DNA of 64,000 nt from Camelus dromedarius (Eukaryota), in the NCBI RefSeq assembly GCF_036321535.1, contig NC_087437.1, positions 110,486,001 through 110,550,000 of the forward strand, read 5' to 3'. A model generated the notes under the pieces. The model worked only from the letters and a program-made list of their open reading frames with translations. It was not told the origin of the DNA and did not search any database. Positions 49,931 to 63,589 of this stretch are shown one piece after another. Numbering within the stretch: position 1 is the first letter of the stretch; the number at the start of each line of letters is the position of its first letter. The position numbers and the translations under genes are program-made.

Positions 49931-52900
49931 GCTAACATCCTTTTTGGATGTGCCTCCCCTCATTCAAGGAATTGCCCAAAAAACACAGATACCATGATTA
50001 CACAAGAGAGGAAGCATATTGCAATGCAGAATGAAATATTATAATTCTAGGAACATATATCATATTTCCATCTGATACAGAAATAACACTTTACTCCACT
50101 TCTGCATGTTCTTCAAGTTCTTTCATAACTGAAACCAATGAGAAGGACATTGAGGTCAGCTCCTTACATCCCTTCCACAGCCACGTGCTGCCAGCACTCC
50201 AGTCCCCCTGAGCATGGCAGTTTGGGAGAACAGTAGAGAGCAGAGGATTTGGTCCCAGTGACAGGAGGAAAGACCTAAATGTCCATGTTCACCCCAATGG
50301 TGAAGTGCATGAAGAGGGGTGTGCAGAGCCTTCAGCTTTAACGCCACAGCAACAGGGCAAAGATTCAGACCTGGAGCGTCCCTCGTTAACAATGAGACAA
50401 CAATGAGATGGTCAGGGCAGCGATATCTCTGTCAACTCCTAACCAGTCCAGATATGGAAGGCTGATCAATAATACCATTATGTGAAGCCAACACATTGGC
50501 TTCTGCTTTGGGCTACAAGCCTCTAGACTCCTTGAGGGACCATCACAGTGCCAAGGTTCACCAAAATCTACAGCCATCCGGTTCCTAATTGCTTCTCTTT
50601 TATAATGGAAAAGAAACTCAAACTGTATTTCTGAACTTCTTTGGAATACTTTGGAAACTTTAAGGAATATGTTGCTTACTCAGTTGCTCTCCTGGATTAC
50701 GAAGTCCTGATGAGTCATGCCAAAAAGAATGGTTTTTGTTTGGGGAGAAAAAAAAGACCCCATTTTGGAAAGACATATATTCATCGACACAATGTACATT
50801 ACAGTATGATAAGTACCTGCACTGTGTTTTTTGGCTGAAATATGTGATTTATTTTATGAAACCTGCTCCTTAAAGTCAAGGATCATTAAACTGAATGAGT
50901 CCAGGAAACACATATTGACTCTTGTTACAACAAAACCCCTTTCCCACAAAGGAACGCTGTAACACGGAAACGGACACGGACACGTGCTGGATGAGAACGC
51001 ACGCGCACACGCCCACGGTAATTATGCCTCAGTGCCTCCTCCTTTTGCTTATTTGCATTTTTCCAATTTGTCTACAATGAACATGTAATTCCACGATATT
51101 TTTTTAAAAATACTGTTTAAACTAACCATATGCCTTTGACAGGGGAATTATTTCCTAGTGACTGAAATGATAAACATTTATCAGATCCAGGGGAAGGAGG
51201 TGGTCCTTGCCACTGAGAAAAATAATAAGTACCCAATCTTCAAAGCAGAAATGGTAACCTGGCACCATAGGGCGGAATACGGCCCTGGATCAGGTTAGGA
51301 TTCACCTGGTTTCCTATCCTCGGGGCACAGACACACAAAGCTGGGCTGATGAGCTGACAGCCGTGAGCCCTCATTCATCCAGCAAGTAGTGGGGAAGGGG
51401 CTAGGTACCCCATCCCAGAAGCCAAGCATACCCAGACAACCTTTCCAAGGCATGGCAAAGGCATCCTGTAATTAGGCATTAACATCTAATAAATAATAAG
51501 TGAACACCATTATAAAGCATCTTGCAGATGGAGACTATATGAGTACCTGTATAATAATGGTGCTGTAGGTAATCACAACATTCAGGAAGCAGTTCAGACA
51601 TAGAAGACCTCGGCAGGGAGACCTCTCGTATCCAAAGAGCTAAGCACAAAATGTTTTAATACCTCCTCTGGCTGGAAGGCTGCCCAGAAAAGAAGGCAAG
51701 CGCACCAGGCTCTTGAGATGATGTCTGACAGCTCCACTGAAGATGCAAACATTGCTGGGAAAAACCATTGCAGTTCCTTAACCAGTATTTGGAGCAGTGT
51801 TCTCATTCATAGTTTTACAAAAGTGACCCCTTCCCCTTCAGAGCCCATAGAAGAAACTGAGTAAATCCTTGAATAATCCAAAGGCTCAGCTACCTTGGCC
51901 AGCCAGCCACCTTCATGATCACAGCTGATTCAAGGAGGAGGTTAAAGGGCATATGCTGTCCATTAGCACAATTTCAAAAAAAAAAATTCTAAGCCCAGAA
52001 TATTCTGGTTTTTCCCTTGATGTAATAGTGGTATTTTGCAGAGACTTGAATTTTTATGTTATTTTATATTTTACTTATTTCTAGTTATGCAAACCTTGTC
52101 ATTGTGGAGTTTATCCAAATCTGGTAGCCTTCATGCATTTGTTCATTCTTTGCTTGTCTGCAGCACTGAAGGTGGGCACTGCACAGGTAGATTAGTTTTG
52201 GCCTCAGTACATTCTCTAATTTTTCTGTGCATTTAGATTTTTCTCTTTGTCTCCATGATAAACCCCTAGAGACCAAGGACAACGTTCAGAGCACTGCTTT
52301 GGGTTCCCTCTGGGACTCACACAGTAACGCTCATTAGTAGACTGGTTGCATGATAAAATTGCCCTCATATGGGACCTTCTCATTGGACAATTTGGATCTC
52401 AAGATTCAGAACACTTCGAGCAAATGTTTAGGTATAATTGAAGCAGCAGTTCAGTGAAGTTCACCTTGGCTTGAAAGTCCCTACTTTTTCCTGCAGGCTA
52501 ATCATTTCAACAGCATCGCAGGGAAGAACGTTCAGTACCTGAGGACACGCCAAGTGCGCTCAAGATCTTCCCAAGTTCTCGTTTGCTCCACGGTTGACAG
52601 GCTCACCGCCACTCCCTGAAAGGGGAGGAAAAGACTGGTAGTTTTCTCTAACAAAAATTTTTGGAACACTTTGAGGCCTCCCTTTTTTGAGTGCTTTTTA
52701 TAAGAAATACCTTATTGAATTTTCCATTTATCTACAGAAGCAATATAGAGCCAGTGTCCTCAAGCAAACAACACAAAGACATTAAAGGAAAAACTGAAGA
52801 AAGGAACTCATTCCTGCCGCTTCCTAGATGACCGACCGGTGCCAACATTTTGAAGTATTCTTTTATGTTATTTTTTGATGCTTAAACACATCAAAACACG

Positions 52901-53458
52901 TTTATTCACACATAGTTTTGCTTTTTTGTTTTGTTTTTGTTTTTTTCAAAATTGTGATCATATGGCACACATTACTTTGTAACTTGCTTTTTTTCAGCTC
53001 AACAATGTCTAAGAGACACTCCTCCAGGTCACCATGTCAATAATTCTCCTTCTTTTTAGTATTTGTGTTATATTCTGTTATATAGTTGTACTTTCTTTCC
53101 TCACTTTTTCCTATCATCAAATATTCAGGACGTTTCCACTTACACAAGTTACCTCAGTTTACACTATAAGCATCTCTCTACCTCTAAAATTTGGAATTTA
53201 CTTAAAATAAAATTCAGTTTTTTTTTAAAAAAAAAAGTTATTTTCTAGGTCAAATTAATAAATATTTATTTAATTGCATTTCTTAAAACTACTTTGGATT
53301 TGAATTTTAAAACACTGTGATAGTCCTGAGGAGTATCAGAATATTCTAGAATCATCCTATATACCAGGGAATGTTCCCACTTCTATAATTCCTTTCAAAT
53401 AATTAAAATGATGGGTTAAAAGTTCTGGCACATTTCTATTACTATGACACAGAAATTC

Positions 53459-53495
53459 AGATAGATAGATAGATAGATGGATAGATAGATAGATA
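53459..53495. repeat. (GATA)n tetranucleotide microsatellite
   Basis: AGAT units with one GGAT variant. Confidence 0.95.
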
Positions 53496-53587
53496 TCCAT
53501 ACAAACACTTTCTACCAGGTGTTCTAGGAAACACTGTCCAGGGAAGTGCTAATAGTGATCAAATAAGTTTAGAAAAAAGCTGTTTTA

Positions 53588-54135
53588 GCACTATTTACAA
53601 TAGCCAAGACATGGAAACAGCCTAAATGTCCATCAACAGATGACTGGATAAAGAAGAAGTGGTATATTTATACAATGGAATACTACTCAGCCATAAAAAC
53701 CAACAACATAATGCCATTTGCAGCAACATGGATGCTCCTGGAGAATGTCATTCTAAGTGAAGTAAGCCTGAAAGAGAAAGAAAAATACCATATGAGATCG
53801 CTCATATGTGGAATCTAAAAAAAAAAACCCAAAGCATAAATACAAAACAGAAACACACTCACAGACATAGAATACAAACTTGTGGTTGCCAAGGGGGTGG
53901 GGGGTGGGAAGAGATAGACTGGGATTTCAAAATTGTAGAACAGATAAACAAGAGTATACTGTATAGCACAGGGAAATATATACAAGATCTTATGGTAGCT
54001 CACAGAGAAAAAAATGTGACAATGAATATATATGTTCATGTATAACTGAAAAATTGTGCTCTACACTGGAATTTGACACAACATTGTAAAATGATTATAA
54101 ATCAATAAAAAATGTTTAAAAAAAAAAAGAAAGAA
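53588..54135 (+). mobile_element. Young LINE-1 3' end
   Basis: ORF2 terminus plus 3'UTR, AATAAA and A-tail; perfect 17-bp TSD AGAAAAAAGCTGTTTTA at 53571-53587 and 54136-54152. Confidence 0.93.
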
Positions 54136-55049
54136 AGAAAAAAGCTGTTTTAATCTAAACATGCGATTTTTTTAATTCTGATTTTTCTTGTGAAGGTGGT
54201 GGCTCCCTAACCTCTTCTCCTAGCTTCTCTCATTAAACAATGGAGATACCTTTCCATACTGTTCCACGTGATAGACAGAAAGTCATACACCACGCAGAGT
54301 CCCCAGGAAAATCCACGTGGCGCCCCCCGCATCCTGCCCACCTCCTTCCTATGCTCCCTTCCTCCCAGGCACATTGTCCTTGTTGAAACATTAAACAATC
54401 AGTCAAGACAGAACTAAAAAATCATCTTCTCGCTTACTCTATGCCCTCAATCTTTTTTATTCTCCAAGTTGAAATGGAAGTGACATCTGGACTCACTTGT
54501 TAAAGTGAATCATTCATGAGAAACTATCTGAAAGTACAGGACAAAGCAGCTTTGTTTTAACTCAGAAATCAGAAGGCGCCTTAAACATGATGATTGAATT
54601 CTCACCTCGAGCAATAGAGAAAAATGAGGCTTGGCTTTCAGGTGCCCACAGGGAGGAAAGCGGAGGCAGACCCAGGAAATTCAAAACGGCCTGAGTCCTC
54701 TTCACAGAGCCCAGCCCAAGCCCTCCCAGCCGCACAATTCAGTACTCACTTTCGCAGTGTATCAAAGGAATTCATAGGATTTAGTAATTCACAAGAATTA
54801 TCTTTTTCTAACCGGGTGATATCCACAATATTTGTTCTGAGTATTCTCCCTCACAGGAATAACTGTGCTAGAGGCTGAGAATGGAAAGAAACTTCTCCCA
54901 AAAGGCTCACTCCAGCTGGAACAGCGGGCCAGACACTCAGAGACAAGGGCCACAGGATGCGATCCCAAAAGGGATCGACACTATTCTCAGAAACGAAAAC
55001 ACCTGCATTTTCCAGAGCAAAACTTCTCAGGCAGACATGAGGACCACCT

Positions 55050-55195
55050 GAATCACAATTAACCTGGGCTTGATTTTTTTAAAAAATCAGACCCACCCAG
55101 ACCCACCTCATCAGACCCCAAAGGTGTGTGCCCTGAATCTACCTTTTTACCAGCATCCCAGAAGGTGCTGATGAACATGAACATTGCAAAGCCTT
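55050..55195. mobile_element. MER5-like fragment
   Basis: GAATCACA..ACCTGGG...CCCAGACCCACCTCATCAGA...TTTTACCAGCATCCCAG..GGTGCTGATG. Confidence 0.5.
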
Positions 55196-55202
55196 AGGAA
55201 TC

Positions 55203-56290
55203 ACAGTGTTTCTCTAAGTGTGGTCCCCAGACCAACAGCATCCAAGGCACCTGGATCTTAATAGGTGAAAAAAAATGCTCAATATCACTTATTATCAGAG
55301 AAATGGAAATCAAAACTACAATGAGGTATCACCACCATTCAAGAGTCCACAAACAATAAATGCTGGAGAGAGTGTGGCAAAAAGGGAACCCTCCTATACT
55401 GTTGGTGGAAATGTAGTTTGGTGAAGCTGTTATGGAAAACAGTATGGAGATTCCTCAAAAAACTAAAAATAGAGTTACCATCTGATCCAGCAATCCCACT
55501 TTTGGGCATGTATCTAGAGGGAACTTTAATTTTAAAAGATGCAGGCACCCCAATGTTCATAGCAGCACTATTTACAATAGCCAAGATTTGGAAACAATCT
55601 AAATGTCCATTGACAGATGACTGGATAGGAAGTTGTTGTATATTTATATAATAGAATACTACTCAGCCATAAAAAAGAATGAAATAACACCATTTGCAGC
55701 AACATGGATAGACCTAGAGATTGTCACTCTAAGTGAAGTAAGCCAGAAAGGGAAAGAAAAACACCATATAATATCACTTATATGTGGAATCTTAAAAAAA
55801 AAAAAGACAAATGTACTTATTTACTAAACAGAAACAGACTCACAGACATAGAAAACAAACCGATGGTTACTGGGTCAGGGGAGAGGGTGGGAAGGGATAA
55901 AATGGGAGTTGGAGATTTACAGATACTAACTACTATATATAAAATAGATGAACAACAAGTAACTATATCCAATATCTTGTAGTAACACACAATGAAAAAG
56001 AATATGAAAATGAATGTATGTATGCATATGCATGACTGAAACATTATGTTGCACACTAGAAATTGACACAACATTGTAAACTGACTATACTTCAATTTTT
56101 TAAAAAATCTTTGAAAAACAAAGCACCTGGATCTCATTAAAGTTGTGCCTGTTCTGCACCACCACAGAGCTCCTGATTCAGACATTCTGGCAGCTGGGGT
56201 GGTGGCGTGGGGAAGTGGGGCTGGCAATCTCTGTTTAACAAGCCTTCCAGGTAATTCTGAGGCATGCCAAAGTTTGAAAAGCACCGCCAT
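55203..56290 (+). mobile_element. MER5A split by an L1 insertion
   Basis: CAGTGTTTCTCTAAGTGTGGTCCCCAGACCAACAGCAT before the L1 and CAATCTCTGTTTAACAAGCCTTCCAGGTAATTCTGA...AAGTTTGAAAAGCAC after it. Confidence 0.75.
55259..56122 (+). mobile_element. LINE-1 3' part (ORF2 C-terminus plus 3'UTR)
   Basis: Encodes [26 protein letters not shown]...[18 protein letters not shown] core GCACCTGGATCT at 55247-55258 and 56123-56134. Confidence 0.93.
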
Positions 56291-57839
56291 AGCCCGCTTC
56301 TGCAGAACTCAGTTTGGAAAATATTGGACTGGCTGATGAAAACAGACGAATTTAAAAGCTGGAAGCCATCACTTGAAGCTGGGATAGCATGTAGAACCAT
56401 AAGAGAGGAGCTCATGTTTAGGGCAGGGGATTTAAATTATGGATTACATAGTGGAAAGAAAAAGAAAGGGCATTTGAGACAAAGGGAAGAATAGGAGAAA
56501 ATTATCATAGGCAGGAAAATGCATCTGTCCAGAGCTGAGAACGAGCTCAGCAAGCTCAAAAGTTTCATGCCAGTTTTGAGTTACAGGAATTACAGCCGGA
56601 CAGCCTTGCTAATCTGGGACCTGAGAGAGCTTAAAAGTAGCACTGAAGAGTGTGGCCCCTCATGTTTGGATATTGAGGAAACATTAAAGAATAATGATGT
56701 GAGGAATGACAAGGCACAGAGTTGGGTTTAGGACCATGTTTTTCACTAGTGCCCATCAGGGAACACGGTGGAGAGGCTAAAGATGGGTAATTAAGTTCAA
56801 AGTCTTGCAATATTCCAGAAATAAAGGGATGAGAGTCTGAATGAGGGTGATGGCTGTGAGAAGCAAAGTTACCAGGTAGACGTAAGAGACTTAAGAAAAG
56901 ATGGGCTGTACCTGGTGTTTGGATGGGGCAGGGGAAGAGTGAAGGAGGAGGAAGAAAAGAGAGGGAGGAGGGAAAAAAATGAAGTGACCAAAGGTGACAA
57001 CTCAGCTTCAAGGAGCCTTTACGAACATGGGAAATCTGAAGGACGTGCAGGTCTGCTGGAGCAGAAACTGAGTTTTCTCATCCTCCCTCAATCATCCCCA
57101 CTCTTTTCATCACTGTAGTTCTCAGAGCAGATTGGTCTGCCGTGAAGGAGAGAAAGACAATCATTCTGCAAGATAAGTAGCGACTGGCTAGCGAGTCCTC
57201 TCCAGCTGACGGAGAAAGTCTCCAATTATGAAAAAAGAGTTTTCATTTCTTCATATTGCATCTGGAGAGCAATGGCCTTTGTAATCCTCAAGTCTTCAGG
57301 TTCCTCTGGGAAGCTAAGATGCTGGCTCTCATTTCGGTGAGCTAAAGACACCCTGGCAAATCATAAAGTATCTGGAATTTCTAATTTGCCAGCAGAAGAC
57401 TTGACTTTACCTCCTAGTGAAAATGTATCAGTTAAGGAGGCCAACTCTGAAGCCGTCTGAAAGGATGTTTCTGCTTCTGTCTCCTCTCATGAATGCAATG
57501 CACGGATATCACTAAAACAAGTAAAAAGAAAATGAGGGGCATAGAAAACCCTGCACAGTGCCAACATTCTTGCTTAATTCTTTTCTCCACTGGCAAGCCT
57601 TCTGGAAAGCAGAGCTTAAACTCCTGGGTGTACTGATGGGTGCCAGACTGATTAAGTGTGATAAAACGTTAAAGGTCACTTTCTGGTGTAGGATTTGGAG
57701 GGGGTCTGGCTCCAGAAAGAACTGACTCAGAGGCTCTGCCAAGCAGAGTCAGGCCCTGGGTCTCAGAGAGGGGTGTTCAAAGGTCCTGCAACAAACAGCC
57801 AGGGTGGGAGGTAGGGATGCCTGGGGAAAACAACTGCTG

Positions 57840-59150
57840 TCAACTGAAAGAACCCGCAGTGGCCAGAGCTGGAACAATTTAAGCAATGAAATGAATAATG
57901 TGCTACTGGATTATAAAAATATGCTCATATATAAAAATAACATTGCGTGGGATTATATACAAAAAGCCCGTATATAAAGAACATAAATATCTGTGGCCCG
58001 TACTGATTGTATCCGTTTCCTAAGGCTGTGGGGTCACAGGCGACGAGAAGGTGGGTGGCTTAAAACAACAGAAGTTTCTAAAGTTCTGAAGACCAGAAGT
58101 CTGAGGTCAAGGTATCAGCAGGGCAATGTTCCACGATGGGAGCTTTGGGAGAATCTTTTCTTTGCCTCTTTTAGCTTCTGGTGGCTCTGGACCATCCTTG
58201 ATCTTGGCTCCATCACTCAGCCTCATCTTCACATGACCTTCCCCTCTGTTGTCTTCTCTTCTCTCTCTTATAAGAACACTTGTCCTTGGATTTAGGACCC
58301 ATCCAGATAATCCAGGGGGATCTCATCTCGAGATCCTTATTTAATTACATCTGCAGAGACGCTTTTCCCAAATAAGGTGCCACTCACAGGTTGCAAGGGC
58401 TGGAATGTAGACATATCTTTTGAGGGGTCACAGTTCGATCCTCTAGACTAATATAAATAAATGATTGATAAGCCAATCTCTAGGGCTTAAAAATCCAAAT
58501 ACATAGCTACTCCCTCAGCAAGAAGATGGAGCATAATTACCCTCTCCTCACGTGTAGGCTGCACGTAGTAAATTCTAACCAAAGAGTAGAGTACAGAAGG
58601 GAGTGGAGAGAGAGTAACTTTACCAACAAATGCTAGCTCAGCCAGGTGATGAGGTTAACGTCTACAGTGACAAGTCATGTTAATAGCGCATACTTCTGAT
58701 ATGCAAATATGAGAATAACATTTTTTTACCTCTGTGTTCTCCCTTCAAAAGGCCCATTAACGTGTCATGGGAAAAGCATCAGACAAACCTAAACTAAAAG
58801 ACATTCTACAAAATACCTGACCAGCACTCCTCAAAGTCGTCAATGCCATCAAAACCAAGAAAAGCCTGAAAAACTGGCATCATCTAAGCGGCTTAAGGAG
58901 ACATGACAACTAAATGTAACATGGGGATCCTGGATGAGAAAAGAGACATTGGTGGAAACTAAGGGAATCTGAAGAAAGCACGGACATTGGTTAATAACAA
59001 AGGATCAATATGGATTCATCAGTTGTGGCAAACGTACCATTCTAAAACAAGAGACAGATACTGGGTGCAGGGTATATGGGAACTCCCTGCACTGTATTTG
59101 TAACTTTTCTGTTAACCTAAAACCATGCAAAATTTAAAAGGTTGTTTTAA
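57840..59150 (+). mobile_element. L1MC-type 3' region, interrupted by MLT1
   Basis: CAGTGGCCAGAGCTGGAACAATTT...ACATTCTACAAAATACCTGACCAGCACTCCTCAAA...GGGTATATGGGAACTC matches the recalled L1MC3-like 3'UTR. Confidence 0.8.
58008..58447 (-). mobile_element. MLT1C/D LTR
   Basis: GGTGGCTTAAAACAACAGAA...GATAATCCAGG..GATCTCATCTCGAGATCCTTA..TAATTACATCTGCA; near-TSD CTGAT/CTAAT. Confidence 0.85.
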
Positions 59151-59196
59151 GATCTATAGATTGCTACATTCCTGTGACAATGGGTTGAGGGCCTAA

Positions 59197-59350
59197 CCCG
59201 GGCTTTCTCAGCCTCAGCACCCCTGGCATTTTATTGAGGGGACGCTCCTGGGCATTGCAGGATGTTAAACAGCATCCCTGGCCTCTACTCACCAGACGCT
59301 GGTAGAATCTGTCCCCTTCTCCACCCCACTGCAGACGCCAAATATGTCTC
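59197..59350 (-). mobile_element. MER20 fragment
   Basis: TTTCTCAGCCTCAGCAC...GCATTGCAGGATGTTAAACAGCATCCCTGGCCTCTACTCACCAGA. Confidence 0.75.
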
Positions 59351-59803
59351 CTCCTGTTATTGTCAATTACTAGCTGTTACTATTATAATCTTTATTTTAT
59401 TTTATAATAATTTCTTAATTATTTCATAATTCAATTCTTCATTCTCAGAAAGCTTAATAATGTCCTACCAGTAAAGGAAAGGAGCCCTTGAATTAAAACC
59501 CAGCCCCCCAAGCCCTTAACAGTGGGTACAACCCAGGAAAGCAATGCAATGCATGTTGGCAGCTTCTCCTGAACGTCTTCATGTGGGACCAAAGCTGAGT
59601 AACCAGCTTTCTGAACAGCTGAGATTCAATCAGGAATAGGCTTTATTTTCCTCCAGTCACTTACTTCCAACATGCCTCACCCAAGCTCTGTTCCCACTTC
59701 TTGTTAACGTCTCAGACAGATAAATGGAGCTCTTTGGTCAGTTTCAGTACTTAGAGGAGCCTCCTTATAAGATGATCCCGGCAGACCTGACTCACTCATT
59801 TAC

Positions 59804-60658
59804 TGTAAGCTTCGATCTCAGGTCTATTTCACGGCACAAGCCTGGCCCTTGAGGCCCTGGGGCCATGCACCATCCACACTCCTCTTCCTCCCTCCCCATC
59901 CCGCTCCCTCTTCCTCCAGATTCGAGCAGATAGAAGCAGTAAAAGAGATGCAAGTCTGTCATCCAGGGTGCTGGTGCGTTTCCCCTTGGGCAGAGGTCCA
60001 CATAGTGGCTCTTGCTTGGGGTCCATGGAAGGGTTTCCCAAAGCCCATGGGAAACTGCCCTGGGGGTGATCTGCTCTCCTGATGATTTTGGCCACAGCTG
60101 CAGCCCCTACTCCTGTACTGGTGGTCCATCCACACAACTGCTACCGCTGGAATTCCCTGACCACCAAACAGCTCTTGTGCCTTGTACCTTTGAGACATTT
60201 TTTTTACCAGGTTACCGCCCATGATTCCATTTGGCCCATGGAAACGTTCACATTTGTACCATATGAAAACGTGTGAGTGTAGCCTTCCTCACTGCCTTCT
60301 CTAGCCTTCCAGACATCACGGACTGCTCCTATCAGCCTACTCCCTGCACAGTTACAAAGTCAAGAGGTATAAGCTCATACATTCCTGGATATGTCCAAAC
60401 TCTGGGGAACACTGTCAGGTTCTCCCAAGAAGGATCTCACTCTCACCACCCCTGCGCTAGGAAGGACATGTGGATTTCCTCAGCCAAGCAAGTCTCCAGC
60501 CAGGCAGGCAGCCTCCCCTCTAGGGGGTATACTCGGACTCTGAGAGTTTACCTTGAAGCCCTGGTCCTCATTCGCCGAGCTATGGGGAGCGCTGCCTCCC
60601 TCCCTAAGTCTCTCTGCTAGGTCAGTATCCCACTACTTTCATGAAACCCCCTGCTATA
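59804..60658 (-). mobile_element. Possible ancient LTR (LTR81/82-like)
   Basis: GC-richer block bounded by TGTAAGC and CTGCTATA (LTR-like termini); no TSD. Confidence 0.3.
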
Positions 60659-60749
60659 ATTCTCCCCTTGAATGAACTCTCCTGAAATTTCTTGTCTTCT
60701 TTTTACATAGAGTGTGGGAGTAGCAGAATAATCTGTTGTGTTTTGGTAG

Positions 60750-61372
60750 TGTTACCAAGGCCATTGCCACAGAATCATACCCCTGCCCCTCACTCGAATA
60801 GAAACCAATTACTCTTATCCAGGTTTCAGGAGGAAGGTGCAAAGAGAAAAAAACACAAGAACTGGTTAGAATCAACTAGGCCCAAGATGGTAGAAGACTT
60901 GACTTCCAGTAAACCTTGAGCCTCATTATATGCTCATTGTAATATATTAGCATGCTAAATGACACACCCACTGGCACCATGACAGTTGACAGTTGACAGT
61001 TGCCATGACAACAACCTGAAAAGCCCATCCAAGGACTGAAAAGGAGTGTTGTATCAGTTCTGGGTCCAAACCACACCCCAGTTCTCAGATAACTCATGAA
61101 AAGTCTTCCCTCTCCAGTTCCCTCCTTTTTATCTTGACCTTCCTATATATTTGGTGTCTCCACCCAAACTGGGTTGAGAAGTTGATTTGCAAACTAGGTT
61201 CCCACTTCCCCATTCTTTGGCCATTGAATAAAGCTTGTGCTGTTCTAGTCTTGCCATCTGTTTCATTACTGGCTGCGTGAATCCAATCGGAACAGGAAAT
61301 TCCTGGCTGAGATAGGGGGGCTTGGCTTGGGCTAGGACCCCAGAGCAGATCCACTCAACCAATTCACTAACA
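60750..61372 (+). mobile_element. Complete ERV1 solo LTR with MER41-like core
   Basis: TGTTA...TAACA termini; 4-bp TSD GTAG at 60746-60749 and 61373-61376; TATA-like TATATAT ~61144; AATAAA ~61227; core CTCATTATATGCT...AGCATGCTAAATGACAC. Confidence 0.88.
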
Positions 61373-62445
61373 GTAGAGCTATGGAAGGGGCCTTAGCCAT
61401 TTTCAGGCATTCCCCTTAAACTATGGAAGTACTACCTTTACAGGCCTGTAGCTGAAAGGCCTGACCACAGCCAATGTCATCCATCGTCAACATGCTGTCA
61501 ATCTGTGTACAGCTGTATTGTAAATGGCATTGCTTAAGTTCTTGGCAGTTGGAGATGTTGACCAGGTAGAGGGTGTATCCTACAGACATGGTAAAAAGTA
61601 AACTATATTGAATACATAGCAGCTCAGCTAATCAGGCACAGTGCAAGAGCATTCAAATAGGACACTGCGAAAACAGGGCAGTGATGATAGGAAGAAAAGA
61701 TAAGGGATAAATAAACCTATTGCATGTAAGCGTCATGAAGACATTACCAGGATCCCTTGACCCTTTGGGGTTCAGTAGTCACACAAGGAAGCAAAGATCA
61801 GTCTTGGTCATAGAAATGGAAGGAGTCTATGGTTGTCACAAAGTCCCTCTCAGGGAGCTGGGGGAAGACCAAACTTGGCATAGCTCTCAGGTGAAGGAGC
61901 TCAGCCAGGCTCGCATCAGGAGGAAACAAAAACCCGTATCCCATCACAACATTCAGCCTCCTGATTTAGCCTCCATGACCACCAGGGGGAGTCAGGCTGG
62001 CACTCATTTGGAGATGTTCGTGCTTGGGGCCACCTGTCTGGTCTTTGAGAGCTCCCAGATGCTGTGTGGCTCACCTCTACATCCTGGCATTTGGATTCTT
62101 CATGCTTACATCAGAAGATTCCAAATTATATAGATCCTACATAAGTAAACAAAGGAAAAGTATCCCAAAATGTAAGGAACAGCAAGTTATCACCATATTT
62201 TATGGATATGGAACTGACAGATGATAGAGGGTTGTGACATTACCAAACCAGGAGAAAATTTAGAAGGAAATATTATCAGAGTAGCTTGGACTCCAGTCAG
62301 CCCCCCATTTCTTATGGGGGAGAGAGTTAAAGGGAATCAGAAGAGCTCCTAAACTTCCTGACAAAGATTCCTAGATCCACTCAATTCAAAGATACCATCA
62401 ATTGTGAGACACAACCCAAAATATGAGATAAAATAAAGAAATACT

Positions 62446-62600
62446 GGGGGAGGGTACAGCTCAAGTGGTAGAGCGCATGCTTAGCATGCACAAGGTCCTG
62501 GTTTAATCAGCAGCACCTCTTCTAAAAATAAATAAACCTAGTTACCTCCCCCCTACCAAAATAAATAATAATAAAATAATAAATAAATCAAATATTTTTT
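62446..62600 (+). mobile_element. tRNA-Ala-derived SINE (Vic-1-like)
   Basis: GGGGGAGGGTACAGCTCAAGTGGTAGAGCGCATGCTTAGCATGCACAAGGTCCTGG, then AATAAACCTAGTTACCTCCCC and A-rich tail. Confidence 0.9.
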
Positions 62601-63027
62601 TTAAAACGAAACATCAAAACCTTAAACATCTGTATCAATAGTAAAGTGTTTCCTAGTTTTAGAAATATTAAAATAGGAGGGGGAAAAAATCAGAAAAAAA
62701 GCCAGAATAATTAAATGGCTCCTAGACTAGAAAAAACTTTGAAAAGTCCTTTAGCTGACCCCATGCATTCAGGCAGGCTCCTACACTCCCACCCAAATCA
62801 AAGGAAGTCTGGCTAATTTTAAAGATTAGGCTTTTTTCATTTTCAATGGCGTTCCCTCAGTGGGAGTGAATTATAATTTGCCACTGGTCTAAATAAGAGA
62901 AAGGAATAGTGCATACAATTTGCATACTCAAAATTGGAATACGAATGAAGACAAATCACGCTTCTCAGTGGAATGGTCTACCACTAAGATCCTCCCTTTT
63001 CCTCTACTTTTAACTTAGAGAAAACTT

Positions 63028-63368
<341 letters not shown>

Positions 63369-63589
63369 TTTCATTTAGGAAGCGCCCTCACTTTGTGATT
63401 TTAGGCATGAATTTCAGTAGATGCATTTATCTTTTTTATATATTGTGCACACATACTAAGTTTCTCATGCTTAAAACCAGGTCTTACAAGACGGAAATTA
63501 GGATCTACCCAGTTACAGAGAAGAGTCTAATTGGGGATTTAATAAATCATACACTGAAAGCTCTTCATCATACAAGACGGTGTGAGGAA

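Noticed and set aside
51580..51870. Stop-poor stretch on both strands
   Set aside because: No recognisable domain or splice signals; length within chance expectation.
60211..60272. Exon-like segment with TTTTTTACCAG acceptor and GTGAGT donor (VTAHDSIWP...)
   Set aside because: Lies within a probable old LTR; the peptide is unrecognised and has no partner exons; likely a pseudo-exon.
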